Both the position numbers and the translations under genes were made by a program. A stretch of DNA of 64,000 nucleotides. It comes from an uncultured Spirochaetales bacterium. Its GTDB lineage: Bacteria > Myxococcota_A > UBA9160 > SMWR01. Under the pieces are notes generated by a model. That model saw only the letters and a program-made list of their open reading frames with translations, made no database searches and had not been told where the DNA came from. This document shows positions 36,905 to 46,102 of the stretch, one piece after another (within the stretch, counting starts at the first letter, position 1; each line of letters starts with the position of its first letter). The stretch lies in assembly GCA_964653555.1 (NCBI GenBank), contig CAZZFT010000008.1, positions 10,467 through 74,466 of the forward strand. Direction: 5' to 3'.

Positions 36905-37729
36905 ATGAAGGATCTGTCGGGCCGGGTCGCCGTCGTCACCGGGGCGAGCACGGGCATCGGCCGTGCGATCGCCGCCGCCTTCGCCCGGCAGGGCATGCGC
37001 GTCGTGCTCGCGAGCCAGAATCCGCGGCGCCTGGAGGACGCGGCCGAGGCGATCCGCGCTCTCGGCGGGGAGGTGCTCGCCGTGCCGACCGACGTCGGGG
37101 ACCGCGCTGCGGTCGAGCGCCTGGCCGGAGCCACCCTCGAGGCCTTCGGCGCCGTCCACGTGCTGGTGAACAACGCCGGCGTCTTCGCCCCGGGCTACGC
37201 CTGGGAGATATCGGGCGAGGACTGGAAGTGGGTGGTCGACGTGAACCTGTGGGGCACCGTCTATGGCCTCCAGGCCTTCGTGCCGCACCTGCTCGCCCAG
37301 CCCGAGGGCCACGTGGTGAACGTCTCCTCGGCGGGCGGCCTGATGACGACCCCCGCCCACGGTCCCTACACGGCCACCAAGCACGCGATCGTCGGACTGT
37401 CGAAGGGCCTGCGCGCCGAGCTCGCCATGAAGGGAGGAAGCGTGGGTGTCACGCTCGTGTGTCCGGGAATGGTGGACACGCCGATCCTCTCCCAACCCGA
37501 GAAGACGGGTCCCGGCGGCAGGCCGCGCGGCCGGCTCGCCCTGGCGCCGGAGGTGCAGGGCGTCTGGGACGCGATCGCCGCGGCCATGGAGACGGGCATC
37601 CCGGCCGACGACGTGGGCGCCATGGTGGTCGACGCGATCCGCGACGGGCGCTTCTGGCTGCTGCCCAATGCCGAGCAGTTCTTCGGCGTCTTCGAGCAGG
37701 AGCTCGCGGAGCTCGAACGGGGCGCGTGA
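36905..37729 (+). CDS. Short-chain dehydrogenase/reductase (SDR) family oxidoreductase
   Basis: VVTGASTGIGRA, NNAG, S...YTATK catalytic tetrad pattern. Confidence 0.92.
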   Translation: MKDLSGRVAVVTGASTGIGRAIAAAFARQGMRVVLASQNPRRLEDAAEAIRALGGEVLAVPTDVGDRAAVERLAGATLEAFGAVHVLVNNAGVFAPGYAWEISGEDWKWVVDVNLWGTVYGLQAFVPHLLAQPEGHVVNVSSAGGLMTTPAHGPYTATKHAIVGLSKGLRAELAMKGGSVGVTLVCPGMVDTPILSQPEKTGPGGRPRGRLALAPEVQGVWDAIAAAMETGIPADDVGAMVVDAIRDGRFWLLPNAEQFFGVFEQELAELERGA

Positions 37730-37754
37730 GCGCGTCGTCGAGGGCGCCGACGCG

Positions 37755-38498
37755 ATGGGAGCGCCGAGCGTCTTCGTCTACGATCTCGACGTGTCGGACT
37801 CCCTCGTCACCCGCACGCGCTCCCGACCGCGCATCGGCGCATTCTTCGACATGGACAAGACGCTGATCGCCCAGAACTCGGGAACGCTGCTGATGAAGCA
37901 CCGCTACCAGCGGGGCGAGATCGGGAACATGGAGGTGCTCCGGGGGGCGGCCACTTATCTCCAGTACAAGCTCGGCGTGCTCGACATCCGCCGCTTCACC
38001 GTGAGTGCGCTCGCCGAGTTCCGCGGGCGCAACGAGGACGAGTTGGCGAATCAGGCGCGGGAGTGGTTCGACGAGCTGGTGGAGCCGACGCTCTATCCCG
38101 AGGCGGAGCGGCTGGTGCGCGAGCACGAGGCGGCCGGCCACGTGGTGGCGATCGTCTCCGGGGCCACCAAGTTCGTGGTGCGCCCGCTCGCCGAACGCCT
38201 CGGGATCCGCCACATGCTCTACACGAGGCTGGAGGTGGAGGAGGGCTGCTTCACGGGGCGGGTGATCGAGCCGATCTGCTTCGAGGAGGGGAAGATCTAC
38301 TGGCTCCAGCAGCTGATCGAAGAGGAGGGCATCGATCTGGCGAAGAGCTGGTTCTACACCGACTCGATCACCGATCGCCCGCTGCTCGACCTGGTCGCCC
38401 ACCCGGTCGCGGTCAACCCCGACCCGATGCTCTACCGGCAGGCCGTGCGCCGCGGCTGGCCCGTCCGCTTCTTCACGCCGCCCGAAGCCGGGCGGTAG
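37755..38498 (+). CDS. HAD-IB family hydrolase (SerB/phosphoserine-phosphatase-like)
   Basis: ATG 37755. FFDMDKTLI (DxDxT), IVSGATKF, FYTDSITDRPLL. Confidence 0.85.
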   Translation: MGAPSVFVYDLDVSDSLVTRTRSRPRIGAFFDMDKTLIAQNSGTLLMKHRYQRGEIGNMEVLRGAATYLQYKLGVLDIRRFTVSALAEFRGRNEDELANQAREWFDELVEPTLYPEAERLVREHEAAGHVVAIVSGATKFVVRPLAERLGIRHMLYTRLEVEEGCFTGRVIEPICFEEGKIYWLQQLIEEEGIDLAKSWFYTDSITDRPLLDLVAHPVAVNPDPMLYRQAVRRGWPVRFFTPPEAGR

Positions 38499-38509
38499 TC
38501 CAGCAGGGG

Positions 38510-38566
38510 CCCGCCTTCGCTCGCCTGCGGCTCGCCGCGCGTCGGCCGACTCTCGAGTCGGCCTCC
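38510..38566. repeat. REP-like intergenic palindromic element, copy C
   Basis: cccgccTtcgctcgcctgcggCtcgcCgcgcgtcggccgactctcgagtcggcctCc. Sits between convergent stops at 38498 and 38574. Core hairpin 38544..38563. Confidence 0.6.
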
Positions 38567-38573
38567 TTGCGGC

Positions 38574-38900
38574 TCAGGACAGCAGTCCGTCCAGCATCTT
38601 CTGGAAGTCGGCCTTCGGCCGCGCTCCCTGGATCTGCTGCACCACTTGGCCGTCCTTGAAGGCGAGGATGGTCGGAATCGCGCGGATGCCGTACTGGCCC
38701 GGCGTGGCCGGGTGCTTGTCGATGTCCATCTTCACGATCTTGACCCGATCGCCGTACTCGGCGGCGAGCTCGGAGATGATCGGGGCGATCTGCCGGCAGG
38801 GCGCGCACCACTCGGCCCAGAAGTCGATGATGATCGGCTTGTCCGACTGGAGGACCTCGCTCTCGAAGTTCTGATCGGTGATCTCGGGTACGCTCGCCAT
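38574..38900 (-). CDS. trxA: Thioredoxin
   Basis: ATG 38900: MASVPEITDQNFESEVLQSDKPIIIDFWAEWCAPCRQIAP...GIRAIPTILAFKDG. Confidence 0.96.
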   Translation of the reverse strand: MASVPEITDQNFESEVLQSDKPIIIDFWAEWCAPCRQIAPIISELAAEYGDRVKIVKMDIDKHPATPGQYGIRAIPTILAFKDGQVVQQIQGARPKADFQKMLDGLLS

Positions 38901-39096
38901 GCCGCTCGTCGCTCCTTCCCGTTCTTCTCGTTGGAATGACTTCTCGTTGCACAGACCCGGTCTGCGGAGGATCCGACGTAGTCCGAGGATTCCGGGGCCG
39001 GGGGTCGGATGCCGGGGCCGGGGCCGCGTTACGCCGACGCCCGAAGCTAGCGCGATGCCCGGGCGTGTGGAACGGTCTCCCGGGCGGGGAGGGACG

Positions 39097-39708
39097 ATGG
39101 ACCAGCGAGCTCTACGGGAAGAGCGCCTCGCGCGGGTCCGGGCGGCCTTCGAGGACGGCATCGAGACCCAGCGGGCGACTCTCGAGGCCAGCGCCACCGC
39201 CATCGCGGACGCCGCCGGGTGCATCGTCGAATGCTTCCGTGGGGGCGGAAAGCTCCTCGCCTTCGGCAACGGCGGCTCCGCCTCGGACGCCCAGCACCTG
39301 TGCGCCGAGCTGGCCGGGCGCTATGAGCGAGAGCGTCCGGGCCTGCCCGCCCTGGCCCTGACCGCGAACACCTCGGACCTGACCGCGATCGGCAACGACT
39401 ACGGCTACGAGCGGGTGTTCGCGCGCCTGATCGAATCCCACGGCCGCCCGGGCGACGTGGCGGTGGCGATCTCCACCTCCGGGCGCTCGCCCAACGTGCT
39501 GCGGGCGGTGGAGTCGGCGCGCGAGCGCGGCCTGGTGACGATCGGGCTGACGGGCAAGGGCGGCGGCGAGCTGGCCGGTCTGGTGGACGTGTCGATCGTC
39601 GCGGCCGCGGACCGCACGGCGCGTGTCCAGGAGACGCACATCGCGATCGTCCACGTGCTGTGCGAGCTGATCGACGACGCGCTGTTCCCCGAGCCGGAGC
39701 GGCCTTGA
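39097..39708 (+). CDS. gmhA: D-sedoheptulose-7-phosphate isomerase (SIS domain)
   Basis: ATG 39097 after [58 protein letters not shown]. Confidence 0.88.
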   Translation: MDQRALREERLARVRAAFEDGIETQRATLEASATAIADAAGCIVECFRGGGKLLAFGNGGSASDAQHLCAELAGRYERERPGLPALALTANTSDLTAIGNDYGYERVFARLIESHGRPGDVAVAISTSGRSPNVLRAVESARERGLVTIGLTGKGGGELAGLVDVSIVAAADRTARVQETHIAIVHVLCELIDDALFPEPERP

Positions 39709-40247
39709 GCGGCCGCATCACGCTCGTGGAGGGCGACCTCACCGAGCAGGCGGTGGACGCGATCGTGAATGCCGCCAACAGCGATCTGCGGCTCGGTGCC
39801 GGGGTGGCCGGGGCGATCCGGGAGAAGGGCGGGCCGTCGATCCAGGCCGAGTGCGACGCCCACGGTCCGATCCGGGTCGGCGAGGCGGCGGTGACGGGAG
39901 CGGGAGACCTCCCGGCGCGCTATGTCATCCACGCCGCCGGCATGTCGCCCGGAGGCCGCGCCGACGAAGACTCGGTGCGCAGCGCGGCCCGGCACAGCTT
40001 CGCGCTCGCCAGCGAGCGCGGCTGCACCGTGATCGCCGTCCCCGCGATCGGGGCCGGGATCGGCGGACTCCCGCCCCAGCGCTGCGCCGAGGTGCTGCTC
40101 GAGGAGGCGCGCGCCCACTTGAACGGGGACACCGGCCTGAAGGAGATCCGCTTCGTGCTCTTCGGCGAGCCGATGTACCGGGTATTCGAGAGCGTGAAGG
40201 ACGCGATCGCGGTCCGCGAGCAGATGGACCGCATGCGGAGACGCTGA
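39705..40247 (+). CDS. Macro-domain protein (O-acetyl-ADP-ribose deacetylase / ADP-ribose binding)
   Basis: TTG 39705 overlaps the gmhA stop (TTGA). [34 protein letters not shown]...YVIHAAG...[12 protein letters not shown]. Confidence 0.88.
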   Translation: MSGRITLVEGDLTEQAVDAIVNAANSDLRLGAGVAGAIREKGGPSIQAECDAHGPIRVGEAAVTGAGDLPARYVIHAAGMSPGGRADEDSVRSAARHSFALASERGCTVIAVPAIGAGIGGLPPQRCAEVLLEEARAHLNGDTGLKEIRFVLFGEPMYRVFESVKDAIAVREQMDRMRRR

Positions 40248-41041
40248 TGGTCGCCGGACTGCTGTACCTGACTGCGGCGCTCTACCTGCTCGCCGGCGTC
40301 CTGGCGGGCGTCGGGTTCACGTTGCACCGCCGCGCACCGACCCGCGCCGCCGTGGGCGTGCTCGCCGCCGGCGCGATCGCCCACGGCGTGAGCTTCTCGC
40401 TGCTGCACACCCTGAGCCCCGCCCCTCCGCTCACGCACCTTCCCAGCGCCCTCTCCTTCATGGCCTGGGTGGGCACGGTGGCGTTCCTGATCCTGGCCTG
40501 GCGCGCGCGTCTATCGGGTCTGGTGGCGCTGGTGGCTCCGATGGCGTTCCTCGGGGTCGCGGCGGCGGCGCTCGGCGGACCGGCGAGCGGCGGCGACGAC
40601 GTGTTCGGCGACGGCTCGCTGCCCCATGCCCACGTGCTGCTGGCGAGCGCGGGGCTCGCGCTGCTCGGTCTCGCCGGGCTCGCCGGCCTGCTGTTCCTGG
40701 CCGAGCACCGGCGCCTGAAGCGCAAGCGCCCGCTCTCGGCGGGCGCGTCCTGGCCGTCCCTGGAAGCGCTGGATCGCGCCGGCGCCTTCGCGGTCGCGGC
40801 CGGCTTCCCGCTGCTCACGCTCGGCGTCGTGACGGGCGCGCTCTGGGGGCACTCGGTGGTGGGTTCGTACTTCTCGGGCGACGCCCACGAGATCTTCTGC
40901 CTGATCGCCTGGGCGATCTACGGCGTGCTGGTGTCGCTGCGCTTCGGCGCCCACCAGCCGGCGCGCCGTCTGGCGCTCTCCTCCGTGGCCGGCTTCGCGA
41001 TCCTCGCGATCGCCCTGATCGGCGTGGAGATCGTGGCGTGA
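40247..41041 (+). CDS. Cytochrome c assembly (CcsA/HemX-like) family membrane protein
   Basis: ATG 40247 shares its A with the upstream TGA. 8 hydrophobic segments. W-rich ...GALWGH...EIFCLIAWAIYG pattern. Position upstream of hemA mirrors hemA-hemX linkage in other bacteria. Confidence 0.78.
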   Translation: MVAGLLYLTAALYLLAGVLAGVGFTLHRRAPTRAAVGVLAAGAIAHGVSFSLLHTLSPAPPLTHLPSALSFMAWVGTVAFLILAWRARLSGLVALVAPMAFLGVAAAALGGPASGGDDVFGDGSLPHAHVLLASAGLALLGLAGLAGLLFLAEHRRLKRKRPLSAGASWPSLEALDRAGAFAVAAGFPLLTLGVVTGALWGHSVVGSYFSGDAHEIFCLIAWAIYGVLVSLRFGAHQPARRLALSSVAGFAILAIALIGVEIVA

Positions 41042-42366
41042 AGCTTCTGCTCGTCGGCATGAACCACCGCAGCGCACCGCTCGAGCTGCGCGAGCGGATG
41101 GCGGTAGACGACCCGGTGCCCGTGTTGCACAAGCTCGTCGCCGGCGACGAGGTGGACGAGGCGGTGCTGCTCTCGACCTGCAATCGCGTCGAAGTGGTGG
41201 TGCTCACCCGCGACGCCGAGTCGGCGCGCCTGCGCCTGCGCTCGCTGTTCCGGCGCGATCTCGCACCCGAGGGAGCGGGCGTCGGCGAGGTCGATCTCGA
41301 CGCCTGCCTCTACGAGCACCGCGACGGGGACGCGATGCGCCACGTGCTGCGCGTGGCATCCGCACTCGACTCGATGGTCGTCGGCGAGCCGCAGATCCTC
41401 GGCCAGACGAAGGACGCCTATCGCGCCGCGGCCCAGTGCGGCGCGTCGGGGCCGATCCTCGGGCGTCTGTTCCAGCACGCCTTCTCCACCGCGAAACGGG
41501 TGCGCACGGAGACGCGGATCGCCGAGCGCCCGGTGTCGGTGGCGCGCGTGGCGGTGGGCCTTGCCCGGCAGATCTTCGAGGACTTCGCCGAGAAGCGCGC
41601 GCTGCTGGTCGGCGCCGGGGAGATGATCGAGCTCGCGCTGTCGGCGCTGCGCGAGGCCGGCCTGACGGCGATCCAGGTGGCGAACCGTACCCCGGAGCGC
41701 GCCTCGCGCCTGGCGGCCCGCTTCGGCGCGACCGCCCACGGCCTCGACGAGCTGCCGGAGCTGCTGGCCCACGCGGACGTGGTGCTGACCTCGATCGGGG
41801 GGCGCGAACCCTGGCTCACGCGGGCGGTCGCCGAGCGGGCGCTGGGTGCGCGCCGCGAACGGCCGATCCTGGTGATCGACATCGGCGTGCCGCGAAACGC
41901 GGATCCCGCAATCGATGCCCTCGACGACGTGTACCGCTATGACCTCGACGACCTGGCCGGGATCGCGGACGAGAACGCCGAGGAGCGCCGCCGCGAGCAG
42001 GCGCGCGCCGAGACGATCGTCGAAGCGGAGCAGCAGCGCTTCGACGGCTGGTTCGCCGCTCTGCGCGCGGTGCCCACGATCAAGCACCTGCGCACACGGG
42101 TGGAGGCGATCCGCGTCCGCGAGCTGGAGAAGGCCTTCGCGCGCCTCGCCTGGGACGAGACCACCCGCGACGCCGTCGACGTCCTCACGCGCTCCCTGGT
42201 GAACAAGATCCTGCACGCTCCTCTCACCCGGCTGCGCGCCAGCGCCGAACGCGAGGAGGGCATGGCGCACCTCGAGGCGGCTCGCATGCTCTTCGCCCTC
42301 GACGACGAGGAGGGCGTCGCGCCCCCCGAGCCCGGCTCCGACGGCGAAGGCCCGGAGCAGACGTGA
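41038..42366 (+). CDS. hemA: Glutamyl-tRNA reductase
   Basis: GTG overlaps the upstream stop. GMNHRSAPLELRE, LSTCNRVE (catalytic Cys), GAGEM NADPH fold. Confidence 0.95.
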   Translation: MKLLLVGMNHRSAPLELRERMAVDDPVPVLHKLVAGDEVDEAVLLSTCNRVEVVVLTRDAESARLRLRSLFRRDLAPEGAGVGEVDLDACLYEHRDGDAMRHVLRVASALDSMVVGEPQILGQTKDAYRAAAQCGASGPILGRLFQHAFSTAKRVRTETRIAERPVSVARVAVGLARQIFEDFAEKRALLVGAGEMIELALSALREAGLTAIQVANRTPERASRLAARFGATAHGLDELPELLAHADVVLTSIGGREPWLTRAVAERALGARRERPILVIDIGVPRNADPAIDALDDVYRYDLDDLAGIADENAEERRREQARAETIVEAEQQRFDGWFAALRAVPTIKHLRTRVEAIRVRELEKAFARLAWDETTRDAVDVLTRSLVNKILHAPLTRLRASAEREEGMAHLEAARMLFALDDEEGVAPPEPGSDGEGPEQT

Positions 42367-43292
42367 AGCCCGTGCGCATCGCCACGCGCGGGAGCGACCT
42401 CGCGCTGTGGCAGGCGCGCCACGTCGCCGGTCGGATCGAGGTGGAGCTCGCGCGCCCCGCCCAGATCGTGCCGCTCACGACCCGCGGCGACCGGCTGCGC
42501 GACGTGCCCCTGGCGAAGGTCGGGGGCAAGGGCCTGTTCGTGAAGGAGATCGAGGAGGCGCTGCTCGACGGGCGCGCGGACGTCGCGGTCCACAGCGCCA
42601 AGGACCTCCCGGGCGCCTCGCCCGAGCAGCTCGTCTTCGCTGCCTTTCCCGAGCGCGCCGACCCGCGCGACGCCTGGGTGTCGGAGCGGGCGCCGGAGCC
42701 CGAAGCGCTCGCGCGCGGAGCGCGTGTCGGCACGGGCAGCGTGCGGCGCAGCGCGCAGCTGCTGGCACTGCGCCCCGATCTCGAGATCGTGCCGCTGCGC
42801 GGCAACGTCCCCACCCGTCTGGCGAAGCTCGCGAGCGAGGGGCTCGACGCGCTGGTGCTCGCCTGCGCCGGGCTCGACCGCCTCGGGCTCGCCGCGCGCA
42901 TCGCCCAGCGTCTCGACTGCGAGCGCTTCGTGCCCGCGGTCGCCCAAGGCGCGCTGGCGATCCAGGCCCGGCGCGAGGACGCGCTCGCCGCGGAGCTGTC
43001 GGTGCTCGGGGATCGCGACACCGAAGTGTGTGTGATCGCCGAGCGCGCCTGCCAGGCAGGGCTCGGCGCCGACTGCAACGTGCCGCTGGGGGCTCACGCC
43101 GTGCTCGAGGCCGACGGCCGCCTGGCCCTCCGGGCGCGGCTGCTGGCGCCGGACGGGAGCCAGCGGATCGAGCGCGGCGCGTCGGGCGCGCCGGCGGACG
43201 CGGCGGCCCTCGGCCGCGAAGTGGCCAAGGCGCTGCTCGCGGCCGGAGGCGACGGGCTGCTCGCCCGTCTGTCGACTCGAGGTTCGGCGTGA
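42363..43292 (+). CDS. hemC: Hydroxymethylbilane synthase (porphobilinogen deaminase)
   Basis: GTG overlaps the hemA stop. IATRGSDLALWQA, GGKGLFVKEIE, VHSAKDLP, GNVPTRL. Confidence 0.95.
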   Translation: MKPVRIATRGSDLALWQARHVAGRIEVELARPAQIVPLTTRGDRLRDVPLAKVGGKGLFVKEIEEALLDGRADVAVHSAKDLPGASPEQLVFAAFPERADPRDAWVSERAPEPEALARGARVGTGSVRRSAQLLALRPDLEIVPLRGNVPTRLAKLASEGLDALVLACAGLDRLGLAARIAQRLDCERFVPAVAQGALAIQARREDALAAELSVLGDRDTEVCVIAERACQAGLGADCNVPLGAHAVLEADGRLALRARLLAPDGSQRIERGASGAPADAAALGREVAKALLAAGGDGLLARLSTRGSA

Positions 43293-44848
43293 GCGTCGGG
43301 AAGGTGATCCTCGTCGGCGCCGGGCCGGGTGCGCCCGACCTGATCACGGTGCGCGGCGCCGAGGCGCTGCGCGGCGCCGACGTCGTCGTCTACGACGCGC
43401 TGGCCTCGCGAGACCTGCTCGATCTCGCGCCTCCCGAGGCGCTCCGCATCGACGTCGGCAAGCGCGGTCACGATCCGCCGACGCGCTCCCAGGAGGAGAT
43501 CACGGCGCTGCTGGTGCGGCTCGCCCAGGAGGGCCGCACCGTGGTGCGGCTGAAGGGCGGCGATCCCTATGTGTTCGGGCGTGGGGGGGAGGAGGCGGGC
43601 GCGTGTGCCGCGGCCGGCGTCCCCTTCGAGGTGGTGCCCGGGGTGTCGTCGATCTTCGGCGCGCTCGCCTACGCCGGGATCCCGATCACCGACCGGCGCC
43701 ACGGCGCCTCCTTCGCCGTGGTCACCGGCCACAAGGATCCGACGAAGGTGTCGCGCGAGACGCGCTGGGATCTGCTCGCCCAGGCCGCGGACACGCTGCT
43801 GATCCTGATGGGGATGCGCAATCTCGGCGAGATCACGGCCCGGCTGCTGGCGGCGGGTCGCAGCCCGGCCACACCGTCGGCGGCGGTGATGGCGGGGACG
43901 CTCCCGACCCAGCGCGTGGTGACGGCTCCGCTGGGAGAGCTGGCCGCCACCGTGGAGCGCGAGGGGATCGGCTCGCCCGCCGTCGTGGTGATCGGGGACG
44001 TGGTGACGCTGCGCGAAGCGCTCGCCTGGTACGAGCGCCAGCCCCTCTTCGGCCGGCGCGTGCTCGTCACGCGCACTCCCGAGCAGTCGTCCGACTGGGT
44101 GCGCGCGCTCGAGGAGGCGGGAGCCGAGACGGTGCGGGTGCCGATGATCCGGCTCGCGCCCGCGGCCGACTCCGGGCCCCTCGACGCGGCGCTCGACGCG
44201 CTCGATCGCTACGACGCGATCGTGTTCACCAGCGCCAACGCGGTTCGCTACACCGCGGCCCGCGCCGCCCAGCGCGGGCTCGCCCTCGAGACGGCCGGCG
44301 CCCGCGTCGTGTGCGTAGGGCCCGCGACCGCGCGGGCGGCGCTCGAGGCCGGGCTGTCGGTCCACCGCGTTCCGTCGCAGCGCCACGACGCCGAGGGCGT
44401 GCTCGAGACGCTGCGCGCCGCCGGCGGCCTGCGCGGTCAGCGCATCCTGCTGCCTCGCTCGGACCTCGCGCGCGACCTGCTGCCGGACGGTCTGCGGGCC
44501 GAAGGGGCGCGGGTGGACGACGTGGTGGCCTACGGCAACGAGCCAGCCGAGGTCGACGTCGCGGCCCTGCGCGAGCAGCTGCGAGCCGGGCGCCTCGACG
44601 CGCTGACCTTCGCCAGCCCCTCGGCCGCGCGCCGCTTCGCCGATCTGCTCGACGGTCCCGCGCGCGTCGCGGCGGCGCGCTGTCGGATCGCGGCGATCGG
44701 TCCGGTCACGGCGCGCGCTCTCGCCGAGGTCGGCCTGCCCGCCGACCTCGTCGCACCGGCGGCCACGCCCGCCGCACTGGTGGCCGCGCTGGCGGCCGCC
44801 TGGTCTGCGCCCGGCTCGGCGGGCGAGGAATCCACGGAGAGGGAGTAG
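43289..44848 (+). CDS. Bifunctional uroporphyrinogen-III C-methyltransferase (CobA) / uroporphyrinogen-III synthase (HemD)
   Basis: GTG overlaps the hemC stop. LVGAGPGAPDLITVRG, RLKGGDPYVFGRGGEE (SAM MTase), then the HemD-like half RVLVTRTPEQ...IVFTSANAV...TFASPSAA. Confidence 0.92.
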   Translation: MSVGKVILVGAGPGAPDLITVRGAEALRGADVVVYDALASRDLLDLAPPEALRIDVGKRGHDPPTRSQEEITALLVRLAQEGRTVVRLKGGDPYVFGRGGEEAGACAAAGVPFEVVPGVSSIFGALAYAGIPITDRRHGASFAVVTGHKDPTKVSRETRWDLLAQAADTLLILMGMRNLGEITARLLAAGRSPATPSAAVMAGTLPTQRVVTAPLGELAATVEREGIGSPAVVVIGDVVTLREALAWYERQPLFGRRVLVTRTPEQSSDWVRALEEAGAETVRVPMIRLAPAADSGPLDAALDALDRYDAIVFTSANAVRYTAARAAQRGLALETAGARVVCVGPATARAALEAGLSVHRVPSQRHDAEGVLETLRAAGGLRGQRILLPRSDLARDLLPDGLRAEGARVDDVVAYGNEPAEVDVAALREQLRAGRLDALTFASPSAARRFADLLDGPARVAAARCRIAAIGPVTARALAEVGLPADLVAPAATPAALVAALAAAWSAPGSAGEESTERE

Positions 44849-45034
44849 ATGGCGACGCGCTACAAGGTGGTCGAGACGAGCTCGGTGACCGACGAGGAGC
44901 TCGAACGCATCTTCAACGAGTGGACGGCCCGCGGCTGGCAGCTCGAGGGGGTCCGCTTCGCGATGAGCGACGCGTCGCGCCGACCCGCGATGGCCTTCGT
45001 CACCTTCACGCGCGACGGAGCGGCCGAGGAATAG
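44849..45034 (+). CDS. DUF4177-like small protein (61 aa)
   Basis: ATG immediately follows the upstream TAG, with GAGAGGGAG upstream. MATRYKVVETSSV...EWTARGWQLEGV... Confidence 0.65.
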   Translation: MATRYKVVETSSVTDEELERIFNEWTARGWQLEGVRFAMSDASRRPAMAFVTFTRDGAAEE

Positions 45035-45037
45035 CGG

Positions 45038-45472
45038 TCATCCCTCGTCGAGCTTGATGCGCAGGGTGGGTTGGCCCTCCGCGTCGCGCTCGCCCAGCCG
45101 GATGCGAGCGGAGACCTCGAGGGTCCGGCCCTCGAGCAGCTTGGCCAGCACCTCGGCCCAGTCGATCCCCTCGATGGCGCGGCCCATCTCGAAGCTCAGC
45201 CGCTCGATGAACTCGCTGCGGGCGCGGGCGCTCTGCTCCGAAGCGAAATCCGCCCATTCGCGGGGCAGGGTGTCGCCCAGGGCCTCGCGCAGGGCCTCGC
45301 CGGTGAGGAAGAAGCCGGAGAACCCGGCGGCCAGCGCCCGGCGCACGAACTCGGGGATCCCGCTCGGCGGCGGCGCTTCGCCCGAGCCGCCGCGCGCCGA
45401 CCGCGTCCGAGGGCGTACACCGCTTTCTTTCCTGTGATCCGATGCCATGGAGTAGAATCCGATCTCGGTCAC
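45038..45472 (-). CDS. Hypothetical protein
   Basis: Protein-like C-terminal two thirds (GIPEFVRRALAAGFSGFFLTGEALREALGDTLPREWADFASEQ...). Start is GTG 45472 or ATG 45448. No family recognised. Confidence 0.55.
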   Translation of the reverse strand: MTEIGFYSMASDHRKESGVRPRTRSARGGSGEAPPPSGIPEFVRRALAAGFSGFFLTGEALREALGDTLPREWADFASEQSARARSEFIERLSFEMGRAIEGIDWAEVLAKLLEGRTLEVSARIRLGERDAEGQPTLRIKLDEG

Positions 45473-45496
45473 GAAGCGTCACGGAGTCGAGAGAAC

Positions 45497-45922
45497 ATGG
45501 GCGCAGGCGGCGGAACGCGCGTTCGCGACATCATGTCCGAACAGATCGTGACGATCAGCGCCGACGACTCCCTGTCGACGGTCGAAGATATCATGACGCT
45601 CGGCCGGGTGCGGCACATGCCGGTGGTGCGCGGCGGGCAGCTGGTCGGCGTCGTGTCCGAGCGCGATCTCTTGCGCGCGTCGCTGTCCACCTTGAGCGAG
45701 TTCGGGAACGAGCAGCGCCGCGCCTTCCTCCAGGTGGTCGAGATCAAGCGCGTGATGTCGACGCCGCCGGTGGTGATCCAGCCGGGCGCGAGTGTGGAGG
45801 ACGCGGCGTTGGTGATGGCCGAGCGCAAGATCGGCTGTCTGCCCGTCGTCGAGGCCGGGCGCCTGGTCGGGATGCTGACCGAGACCGACGTGCTTCGTTA
45901 CTTCGCCGGCGTCGTGGATTGA
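45497..45922 (+). CDS. CBS-domain pair protein
   Basis: ATG 45497. VRDIMSEQIVTISADD...VRHMPVVRGGQLVGVVSERDLL; MSTPPVVIQP...IGCLPVVEAGRLVGMLTETDVL. Confidence 0.88.
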   Translation: MGAGGGTRVRDIMSEQIVTISADDSLSTVEDIMTLGRVRHMPVVRGGQLVGVVSERDLLRASLSTLSEFGNEQRRAFLQVVEIKRVMSTPPVVIQPGASVEDAALVMAERKIGCLPVVEAGRLVGMLTETDVLRYFAGVVD

Positions 45923-45947
45923 TCTGCGGCCCGGAAGCGGGATTGGA

Positions 45948-45977
45948 TTGACATGTCCCGCGGGGATTCCGTAACCT
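45948..45977 (+). promoter_or_regulatory. Candidate sigma70-type promoter for the aldehyde dehydrogenase gene
   Basis: TTGACA-N18-TAACCT, followed by a GC-rich leader of about 125 nt with a 9-bp stem (gggatgcgc / gcgcatccc). Confidence 0.3.
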
Positions 45978-46102
45978 CCCGTGGTCACCTGTGGGGATGC
46001 GCAAAGACCAGGTCGTTCGCGAGCGGGTAGACCGCCCCGTCGGTCGACGGCGCATCCCGGCACACGGCGAACCCGCGCGAGCGGTGTTTGGCGGGAGACG
46101 GC

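Noticed and set aside
38931-38951. TTGGAAT…TTGCA sigma54-like motif upstream of gmhA
   Set aside because: The GG-to-GC spacing is 16 nt instead of 12, and the -24 box is poor.
38992-39025. Short repeated ccggggccgggg units in the trxA/gmhA divergent region
   Set aside because: Only two imperfect copies of G/C low-complexity sequence. Not a CRISPR or tandem-repeat array.
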